DNA of 64,000 nt. Source: Rhynchopus sp. YZ270_cl-10. Lineage: Eukaryota. Position numbers and translations under genes: made by a program. Location: assembly GCA_964035575.1 (NCBI GenBank), contig OZ037847.1, positions 744,001 through 808,000 on the forward strand, given 5' to 3'. The notes under the pieces are model-generated. The model was not told the DNA's origin, did no database searches, and saw only the letters and a list, made by a program, of their open reading frames with translations. This document shows, piece by piece, positions 54,408 to 64,000 of this stretch (position 1 is the first letter of the stretch; the number at the start of each line of letters is the position of its first letter).

Positions 54408-54828
54408 AAAATGGCAAAGTACTATCAAAAAAGGGCACCCCCCCCCCCCCCCCCCCCCCGATATTGACAGGTCCCTGACTGATTTTCAGTAGCACCACTG
54501 TTGGTTTAAAAAAAAACGCAAACTTAATTTATTGGATCGTACAGTATTCCTATAGAGCAATGGGTTAACTATGGGTCCCCCTAAACCATGTCACTGTGAG
54601 AGCACATCCCAGGTGATGAGCACCAACAAAAGAGGGGGCGCTGAAAAACTCTTTTCTATTGTACTGGCCTGTAGGCATAAAAATAAAGAGTTGAAACGTG
54701 CTGAAATTTGAAACGCAGCTCGGTTGTACTCAAAAAATAAAGAGAAAAATGGAGGGGGGAAAAGACCTAATGAACCACCCAAAGAATATTGGGCAGCACA
54801 ACGTATAGGGAAAAAACCCAAACAAGAT

Positions 54829-55596
54829 CTAGAGAACGAAAGGAATCAAAATTTTCCTCTCTTTGGGATAATCCTCAAACTTTTCCAAATACCAATTGTG
54901 GTACTGACGCGCACGGGGCGCAAGGTTGAATGCAGTGTTCACAAAAAAGAACCACGGGGTAAGCGTACCACAGGCAAGCGCAAAGCCAAACCACTCAACC
55001 AACTCGCCAAAGTAGTTCGCCGCAGACACGTAGTCATACATCCCTCCCTTGGGAATCTTGTAGCCAGTCTCCCCTGGTTTTCTGAGGTTGCGCAAAATAC
55101 TGTCGCTCTGCCAGTTAATACCGAACCCAATAAAGAACAAAGAGGACCCCAAGACAAACAATGGGGTTGTGTGATGGTCTGCAGGCAGAATGGACATATG
55201 GGTGACTTCTCTTGCCATCAGGTAGCCATTCTGCGTGCAGAACAACAGCGCGCACAGAAAGGTAAAGACAGGGGTCGGCTTGCCTCCACGAATCAGAAAT
55301 GGGAAGATCAGTGTTCTGTTGAAGTAGTGCAACGCAAACATTCCTGTAAGCATGATGTTTGCCCAGGGCAGCGTTTGTTCGGCAATGCTCAAACACAGGG
55401 CCACCATGACCAGACAAGGGGCTTCTTGCAGAATCCATGCTACCCTTGCATTGATCATAAACCCCCATCCGTCTCTACTAAACCTCCCGTAAGGAGCCGT
55501 GATGAACAGCAAGCACAGCGCCCCAAAGAACATCTGCACCACTAGAAAGTATCCGAGATTCGCATGAAATTCCCGCTCATCCCATCCGAATATCAT
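54829..55596 (-). CDS. 3-oxo-5-alpha-steroid 4-dehydrogenase (steroid 5-alpha-reductase, SRD5A/DET2 family)
   Basis: APYGR, AWILQEAP, HYFNRT, SDSILRNLRKPGETGYKIPKGG, ANYFGELVEW, YPKERKILIPF. Confidence 0.95.
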   Translation of the reverse strand: MIFGWDEREFHANLGYFLVVQMFFGALCLLFITAPYGRFSRDGWGFMINARVAWILQEAPCLVMVALCLSIAEQTLPWANIMLTGMFALHYFNRTLIFPFLIRGGKPTPVFTFLCALLFCTQNGYLMAREVTHMSILPADHHTTPLFVLGSSLFFIGFGINWQSDSILRNLRKPGETGYKIPKGGMYDYVSAANYFGELVEWFGFALACGTLTPWFFFVNTAFNLAPRARQYHNWYLEKFEDYPKERKILIPFVL

Positions 55597-55675
55597 TTTC
55601 TCCTATATGTCTTCTGTAAAGGATGTGTTTTTGGTGTACAAAACAAAAGGGTAGCGTGAGAAAAGGGGTAGGGGG

Positions 55676-55818
55676 CACAGCAGAGAATAAGCCGGGTCCC
55701 CGGTCCCTGGGTCCTGGTCCAGGTCAAGGTCCTGGTCAAGGTTCCCGGTCCAGGTCCCGGGTCCCAGTCCGGCTGGAATAACCGGGTCCCCGGTCCCCGA
55801 GTCTTATTCTCTGCTGTG
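55676..55818. mobile_element. Miniature TIR element just upstream of the reductase gene
   Basis: cacagcagagaataag / cttattctctgctgtg enclosing ggtccc repeats. Confidence 0.65.
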
Positions 55819-56043
55819 AGGGGGGGTAGGGAGGTGGGGCAGGTTCTCATTCTATAAGCGGAAGATGATGCAACCTTGCCGCGGTAATAGGTAATCATAT
55901 CATATCACATTCAAAAATACGCTGGACGAAAGATCCAGATCTAGAGGGAAGGATCATCTAAGGTAGACCTGTCCAAGGGCAGGAGGAGGAAGGTGTTGCA
56001 ACAATATGCAAAAATAGTTGGACAATTGGAGCTGAACGTTGTA

Positions 56044-57943
56044 CTATGGAAGCGTGAACTCTTGGCTTGCAGACCCATGTGTTCCTGCATCTGTCGAAGC
56101 ACGTAACGAGAGAAAATAAGCCCGGCCCCTCTGGATGCTTCCTGTAATGAAGAAGTAGTTTTGAAAAAATGCTTCAAATCATGGGGAGAAGATAAACGCG
56201 GTAATGCTAATTTTTTTCTAACAGAATCTAGCATACTAAAGGGTCTCGGTTAGTATTTGCTCTTGATTTAGAGAATAATAAACATATTAGCAAATAATAC
56301 GTGGTTTCCATTAGTCCGCAAACCCGCCAACAAAAATTAGCAAATAATAACCGATTTAAGAAATCTGGATGCAAATAATAAGTGTGAGCAAATAATAACT
56401 GAAATTCCCCTTAGATTATTGTTTCACATGAATGGTAGGGAGGGGAGGAAAATATTGCGGGACAGTACATACCGGGAAGCAGGGTCAACGAAAAGCATGA
56501 AGACGATATTGGGCTTGTGACAGCAAGACCTGTTGCAAAGATAGCGTCGATGTCTATTGTCTCACCTTTAGCCTTTAGTATCCACTTGCACTCCACAGCA
56601 TTGGGGCATGTCACGGTGCCATATACGGTCACAGATCCGCTTGTGTCTATTGCTGGCTGCATCAGGACAACCTGAGGAGAATCGCGTGAATGTGTATCAG
56701 TGTACACATGATGTGTGATCGTCGGCTCTTCCCTTCTTGGGATGCCCTTCTTCTGCTGTGGATCCTCATCCGGCGCACGCTGAGCAAATGGATGTTCCGC
56801 AATGCACTGTGCCAAAATAGAATGCAGCTCCGACCGGTCTTCCGAAGTAAGGTTCGTGTCAGGCCTGAGAGGGCATCTGATCATAAAATAGTGTGCTGCG
56901 AGGGCTGTGAGGTTCACCAAATCCGCTGTCGGAAGTCCCCCCAATGGGAGGTACTCCTGCAAGGGCGACTCGGGATCTTGGAGCAACGTTCTAATGTACC
57001 CTATAGCTTGCCTCTTTAACTCACCGTGCCTGCTCGAATCAACTGAGTTCGTCTGTCCGGACCCAGGGTAACAGCAACCATTGCGGTTTGGCTCGTTGAG
57101 CGGTGCTTTTCTCTCTGACGGTGCGACACCTTGTCGTTCCGGATTATGCAGACTGCGGATCTCTGCAGAGGTATGCGACAGTGGTGTGGCCCCAATCCGC
57201 ACAGGCATCTCCACAGTCGTATCCCCATACTGGGTGGCAACAGATGGAATGTTGTGGTATCCCAAGCGATTTCTTGGTGCAGTCATAGACGTTGGCTGTG
57301 GTGGCGTCTGCGTCATGGTCTTCTCCAACGCCATGACGTGGCGTAACCTGTCTGCATCGTTTCTGATGGGCGCTTGGGGGGCTGCCAGCACGTCACCTTG
57401 CGACACTGAATGTTCACTGGGAATAAGCTTCAAGTCCAGATGATCCATTCCCACAGGCACCGTTCCGAGGTCCTCCAGCAATGCCCACCCCATGGTGGAA
57501 GGGTCGCAGAGGAGGATGTCGTGGAAGTTGTGTTCGTGTGGGGGGAGGGATGCACGCAGCTCCTCGCGAAGGCCTGCCAGGTCTAATGCCTTTACGGCGA
57601 TGCGGCGTGGGAGGTAGTCTTCGTGCGTCGCGCGGAGAGGATGAACACGGCAGGTGAAATGGCGTTTCCTGGACCACATCTTGAGCTTGATGGGGAGGGA
57701 AAACTTGCTGACGTCGTGCTCTGCGAGGAGCGGCATCCACCGCTTCACCTCGTCGTCATAGTACTCCACGGCGCCCACAGCAACGTTGTAGCCCCGCCTC
57801 CGCTGCAACCTCGACTCCAACAAGGCCATCATATGGGTCGTGTTCAGCACTGACATCTCTTCTCTGAAGAACGCATCGCTCTGCCCCTCCAAGAACGGAT
57901 CCGCCATCCATACCACCAACGACACTGGCGTAAGATGCGACAT
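56044..57943 (-). CDS. Hypothetical two-exon protein with C-terminal REJ/PKD-like Ig fold; exons 57943-56473 and 56141-56044
   Basis: G|GTATGT ... TACAG|GA splice gives SLTLLPGSIQRGRAYFLSLRASTDAGTHGSASQEFTLP*, a coherent beta-strand pattern. Confidence 0.7.
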
Positions 57944-58207
57944 TTAAACAGCACCAACCCAGAGATACGAATTGAAGGCGTTCGTTACATGCGCTATATT
58001 AGTGCTTTTTTTTGTGTGGATATTGTGTTCTGTTGTAGAAATGTTTAGAATAGGAAGAGGACGAAAGAGAGGAGAGCTTTGTATGAGGTGGAATCTATAT
58101 GGGTCCGTCCATGAACCCCCCGCGATTTAGCCATTTTTCAGTTTTTCGCCCATTTCCGCATTATCATAGGTTCTAGGTTGAATGCATGAGAAGGGTAGTA
58201 AGGAACC

Positions 58208-58914
58208 TATTGGGGTGGCTACAGGGGGGGTGTGGAAAAAAATATTCACAAAAAATATTTTCAAATTATCTCGATCACAAAAAATCACAAAAATTCACAA
58301 AAATTCACGAAAAATCACAAAAAATCACAAAAAATCACAAAAGTGTACCGTTTTGGGCTGCTGCAATTGTGCTGTAATTGAGGTGGAATTGTGCTCAGTT
58401 GTTCTCAGTTCTGCGTAAGTATGTGTAAGTTTCGCTTAAAATTGAACTTTTTCGGCGTGGCTGCATAACCGATTCCCTACCGTGTTTCTACCAGATGTCA
58501 TGCCGTTTTGGGGGGCATTCATGTGTTGTTTGTTGTTGGAAATTTTTGTTTTGTTTTCATTGGTGAAATTTTTAAACGCCGGCATTTGCATTTCCGGAAT
58601 CCGTCCGGCCAGTGGTGGGGTCAATTTGCCGAAATGGACAAGTTCTCGTTTTTGGTCAATTTCCGCAGTATACACAGTATACACAGTACAGTACACAGTA
58701 CAGTACCAGAGTGGGACAAAAAAAAGCTCATCTCAAAATATGCCGATCACAAAAAATCACAAAAAATCACAAAAAATCGCAAAAAATCGCAAAAAAATCA
58801 CAAAAAATCACGACCTGTCGCAAAGAATCACAAAGAAGAAAAATGATTCTTTGTGATTTTTCGTGATTTTTCGTGACTGCCCAGTTCCGACCCCCCTTGT
58901 CGCCACCCCACCTA
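58208..58914. mobile_element. Degenerate TIR element with (AAAAAATCAC)n subterminal arrays
   Basis: ggggtggctacagggggg / ccccccttgtcgccacccc, with 10-mer arrays near both ends. Confidence 0.55.
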
Positions 58915-60373
58915 TGTGCTGTTGGGCTATAAATAGCCCAGGTAATGTCTTACTCCCCAGTACGATGTAACAATGAAGAGAAAATGATATTTGAAGATAG
59001 GGGTGGTTCATTTTTTGTTGTTTTTTTTGTTGGGAGCTTTTTTTTTTTTCTCAAGAAAAAAAAAAAAAAGGATAATAAAAAAAAAAGGAACGAAAAAATA
59101 AAATAAAAAGTGAGGGGTTTTCTTAGCATATGTTGCTGTTTTGTGGCTAACTACGCTATTCCCTCACAGAGCAATTTTTTCAGGGGGGAAATGGGCTTTA
59201 AAAAAAAATTTGATAACGAGAATGGGGAAGAAAGCATTGTGAGGGGAAGAAGGAAAAGGGGAAACGTATGAAGTGGGAGAAAGACCAAGGGTGTGAACAA
59301 TGGTTGGTGTCCTCCGCAACAATCTACCGAAGAAGGAAGGAGACTTTGCGGGTGCCATCTAATTTTCATTCCAGGATAATCCAACTACAAGACCCTGCCG
59401 TCCCTCTCCCTCCCACAACACAGGTGTCGTGAAATAATAGCCTGATTTTCAGCCAGAATTTCAAACAAAAAAAAAATGAATAAAAAAAAGTAAAATAATA
59501 AGCCAATGTAGGGTATCTTGCAAGGTTTTGAAGAAAATTCAGGGGAGAAAAAAACGGGTCTACTTCAATAAAAAAAATACAGTGAAAACATGAACAGGCC
59601 TCACAGGCACAATTCCTATCACAATGCCTTTTTGTTCTTATCTACCCTGAAACAAAAAAAAACCCCTATTATCGTATTTGATACCAAAACACAAAGCCGC
59701 AAACTGACGCATGGGGATTAGGGGGGGGTTTTTTCTGATAATTTGTATTGCGAAGCTGCTAGACAGTCTTCACTATCCAAGTTATTTATTTATTTTTGAA
59801 AAGCTGACAAAAATCTGAATACAAAAATGTACAGACGGCTCTATAGGGCATATAGGGGGATTGCGTCGTAGCCAATCTCTAAAATATAAGACGGCTCAGT
59901 AAGAAGGTTGGGAAAAAAAAGGAGGAAAAAAAAAGGCAAAAAAGATGTGTCTGGACACATACCTAAAAAAAGAGAAAAAAAAAAAGGTGTTAAGATTATA
60001 CATAAGCCTCTGTGAGACTTAGTTGTCTTAACATATAGAGCCAGGGGCTGAAATGTATTAAGTCCGCCCGTTTCCCTCATCCTGCAAGCTCACAAGGAGG
60101 ACTGATTATTGATTCTCTTGCGTTCCATTCAAAAAAAATGAGTTGCAAGACACAACAGCCCTCACAGATTTACAGCAATGAGAGATCTTTTAATTACTAT
60201 TTTCTATTATAACAAGATACAGCAATATAAGGAAGTCAGGGTACTATTGGGCAGTTGGGTAAAGGGGAAAATAAAAAGCATAAGCGTTTTCAAGGAGAGA
60301 GAACAAACAGCCCCTTTATTTTCCACAACCAACGCGCCAACTGATTTTTTTTTTTTTTTTGAAAACTTGGTTG

Positions 60374-60477
60374 TACCGTATTCGTAAAAATGTTCGACCG
60401 TAAAAAAGGACGAACTTCCAGAAAAATCCGGAAAAGGACGAACTTTATTACGGTCGAACATATTTACGAATACGGTA
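60374..60477. mobile_element. Tc1/mariner-like MITE
   Basis: TA|ccgtattcgtaaaaatgttcgaccgtaa ... ttacggtcgaacatatttacgaatacgg|TA. Confidence 0.75.
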
Positions 60478-60861
60478 TTAGTGTAGACACCCTAGAGTGT
60501 GCTCCACTTTTTTTTTTGCAGCTACATCTATAACTATTTATAAAGGAGTGTTGAAGATGTTTTTAAAATACTGCACTCTTTTTTTTCCCTTCGCGTTACG
60601 TGAGCTAAAATTTCAAAAAAAAAAAAACTAATTTCATATACTTTCCATTCGAAAAGAAAGCACCAAAAAAAAAAAATCGTTTCTTTCAAAAGAAGTCAGA
60701 CTTTTTTATTAAAAAAGTCATAACACAGCTCGTGTACTTACCTTTTTTCGACCCCCATGGATTGGGTACTCTTTTGTTGTTTTGTTTTGTTTTGTATTTT
60801 ATTTTTGTTTTGAAAATTTAGAGTGCCCTCCTACCTTTTGGGAACCTTTCACTCCATCATA

Positions 60862-60988
60862 ATGGCGGCAGTATTGTGATGAGAGCCCATTGGAATGCGC
60901 AAAATACATCAAAATACATCACAATACACGATGTATTTTGATGTATTTTGCGCATTCCAATAAGCTCCCATCACAATACTGCCACCAT
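60862..60988. repeat. Imperfect palindrome, ~127 bp
   Basis: atggcggcagtattgtgatg..ttggaatgcgcaaaatacatc / gatgtattttgcgcattccaa..catcacaatactgccaccat. Confidence 0.85.
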
Positions 60989-62775
60989 CACTCTGCCACC
61001 ATCATCCCCAATCAATAGGTAAGCTCAATGACTTCTTCCGTTCTGTGGTTTTTCTTTACTTTTTTTTGTACCGACATAAAACCACCCCAGCCAGACCAAC
61101 GTCATCTAGAAAAGGTTTCTGTACAACGTGGACTGTGGCTGCGTAGGCTACGATCGGTCAGAGAGGGAAAATGCGCGTTTCGTTTTAAAAATTTGGGAAA
61201 TTTTTTCTTCTGAGGGCAGGGTGAGGGGAATATGAAAATGACTGCCTCAAAAAGCATACAAAGAGAAAAAAAATAGAATACAGTTGCGGTTTTACCATCG
61301 GAGAGCTCTAAGGAACAATAACCAAGGTGGGTTTTTCGGATTCTGGAGTGCTAAGCAAGCACACAACGCATAGGTTGTTTTCCAACTCCCATCACCCCCT
61401 TTTTTTTTTCCGATAATTTGTGTAGCTGCCATAAACAGTCTTCACCTTTTTTGTAGTTTTTATCACCTTTTTTTTCCCCACATGGCTTCCTCATCTATGA
61501 GTCACCAACGTCGGAGGGTCAAATAAGGTGTTTTTTTTTTTTTTTTTTTTTTTTTTTTCGGATTTTTCTAGGAGGGTTTTTGCTCCGATGATAATGCTAC
61601 TGTACAAAGTTGACGACAGTACGAGCAAAAAAAATAAAAATAAAACATACTAGATGCAGGTGGGGTGTAAAAGGGTGTGAAAAAAAGCAGAGGTCGTATG
61701 GGGAGAAAAAAATGAATGGAGAGTGAGTAGAAAATCAAAAAAGAAAAGAAAAGAAATACGCCAGATGAACGACATAGGCCTATCATCTGTCAAAGAAGGG
61801 GGAGGGGTTGAAGGTACAAACATCCGTAGACGCAGACACTAGAACCATGAACCATTGGAAGATATGGATAGGAAAGAAATTTCGTGCAAGAAGATGGGGA
61901 CAAAAAAAAGGGAGAAAGGGGGCAGAGAACAGGGGAGTTCAGAGATTGTCTTTTTTTTCCGCTTTTGTATAAAAAAAAAGACATCAAAATATGACCAAAA
62001 AAAAATGAAATAATCTGCCTGATTCGCGAAGTTACAGGCGAAGTCGAAAAAGAGAAGGATTTTCAACGCGTTTGTTTGATACAGTTGGAGACGAAAACGC
62101 ACTTTAACCCCACGAGAAGCTGTGTGTACGTCATTTGGCAGGGACGAGACGGTGATGTTACCTCTCTTCCCGTATGATGGCTGTGCTTTTTTTGTGTTGT
62201 GCGTAGCATCAGAGTACAGTACCCCAAAATATGTGTGCCGTCCAAAAGTTACTTTATTGTCTCTTTATTGTTGTTCGTTTTTGTTACGTTGAAGCATCTA
62301 CACAAAAAAGTCTTCAAATTACCTCCCCAAATCTGCCAAACTTATTTGGGCGACAATATATTTAGAGCTGTATGCAAAAAAATGCCTCCATTCTGACTAA
62401 AAAAAAAAACAAACACAATACAAAATACACATTACCCTCCCCCGTCCCTTCTGTTCAAATCGTGTTGAGGCTGGAGTGACGAGAACTAAGGTGTCGCACT
62501 GAACGCTGCAAACAATATGAAACTGTTTTGGGATACGCCAGGCAGGGAGAGATAAGCATTTGTTGGGGGTTTTCCTTTTAAAAGAATGCTTCTTTTTTTT
62601 GTTGATAATCCGCGTGGTGTCGGTTTGGTAGTGTGACTGCGGCAGTCTTTCACTATTCAATTCCTTGAGAAAAACCACTGTAGCTTATCCGTATGATATC
62701 GCACAGGTTCTGTGACTACTCTCTCTTGAGGTTAGCAAGGCCGGTATCTTGTGGTTGTAAATGCAATTTTAAAAA

Positions 62776-62872
62776 AAGTAGAGTTGAAATACAAAGCCCC
62801 TCTCATGACAATGTACCTTGGTACATGAGGCTGTAGGTGGGGACACCCAACCATGCAGTCCTACATCCATTT
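62776..62872. repeat. Dispersed repeat family, copy F
   Basis: gagttgaaatacaaagcccctctcatgacaatgtaccttggtacatga...caaccatgcagtcctacatccattt. Confidence 0.85.
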
Positions 62873-64000
62873 CAAATTAAATTTAATTAAAATTACATTC
62901 ACATTTCCTGATGCATAACCTGCAGTCCATAAAATATTTAGTAATTTTTTTGTACCTTACTATTACGTTCGCAGTTCGATAAACTAAACAAAAAAAATAA
63001 ATAAACAAACAAAAAAAATAAAACGTATAAGATGAATTGGCCTCGCAAAATGGGAAGGAGAGGGACACATTCGTCTAAAAACAAGAACCTTTTTGCGTAA
63101 CATAAAATATCAAACAAAAACATAAACAAAAAATAAAATAAAATTTCTTACAAAAAAAAGGGGGAGGAAATGGGGGAAGTAATCTCTGATGATGGCGTGA
63201 TATTTTTTTTTTCTCCCTTACTCTTTAAAAAAAAGCAAGGGTAGTGCATTGCTTTGTTTTTTTTTTGATGATGTTTGTCGATTATTACTATATTTTTTTT
63301 TGGTTTTGAACACAGGAAAAAACCACAATGGCTGGATTTGCAAATTTTAGCTGTTACACTACAACATACAAACATTAACCGAAGGTTTTTCTGGAAAAAC
63401 GCAGACCAAAAAAAAAGGAAAAGAAAAAAAGTGGAATTGATGCAACAACAGAACCATCTTCATCTCTCTCTCTCTCTCTTCAAGCACCAACTCCATGGTT
63501 ATCGAATCGGGTAAAAACTTTGCACTTATTGGGTGTACAAAAGAAAATGAGGGTGTGTGTGTGCGGCCTACAGCAGCTAGGGCTGAAGGCAAATAAAAGA
63601 GTAGTTGAAAGGGTGCAAACGCCTCACCGTACACCGGCGGGCGCAAAGCACTAAAAATAAAACATGTCATTTACCATCATCCAGTGTGCAGTTGAAACGA
63701 ATCAGAGTACAGCCGATACATAGATGGTCATGAAGGCGGGGAAGGGGGGGATGGGGAGGAATGCAGGTAGTGAGAAGGGAGGTGGTGGGAGATATCAACA
63801 CGTGATTTGACTGAATTGTTAACGACTGTCAAAAAAAATATTAATGTTTTTTTTGAATAAGATTTTTTCCGTTGAAGAAGAACGTAACAATGAACAAAAA
63901 AAAAAAGTAAAACCAGAAAATGAAAAATCAGAAAATAGAAACATATACAAAACTGATTCTTTCTTGTGTTTTTTTTTTTGACATTGATTATTATTATTAT

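Noticed and set aside
54724..55545. 273-aa plus-strand ORF
   Set aside because: Antisense to the steroid 5-alpha-reductase.
59000..64000. Possible micro-exon gene in the AT-rich right end (also 23700-27500 and 42000-45600)
   Set aside because: Some AG...GT segments exist, but no coherent protein could be assembled without RNA data.

Overview
Eukaryotic DNA, probably from a euglenozoan protist such as a diplonemid. This is inferred from three things: every supportable gene lies on the minus strand, the adenylate cyclases are of the kinetoplastid receptor type, and polypyrimidine-AG acceptors sit just upstream of start codons alongside GT-AG introns. The window opens with an apparently intact non-LTR retrotransposon. 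Its ORF2 is missing from the ORF track because it runs off the left edge; it reads OTU protease - APE endonuclease - reverse transcriptase. Host genes: an LRR protein; a two-exon UBL/UIM/Zn-finger calpain; a WD40 protein with an inserted PDZ-like domain and 36-aa repeats; a degenerate SpoU-like protein; two receptor adenylate cyclases sharing near-identical DNA tracts; a coiled-coil protein; a small SAM-like protein; a steroid 5-alpha-reductase; and a two-exon hypothetical protein. Non-coding DNA is rich in microsatellites, MITEs and nested TIR elements. It also holds a 1.1-kb near-perfect palindrome and a six-copy, same-orientation dispersed repeat. All calls come from manual motif reading; no searches were run.
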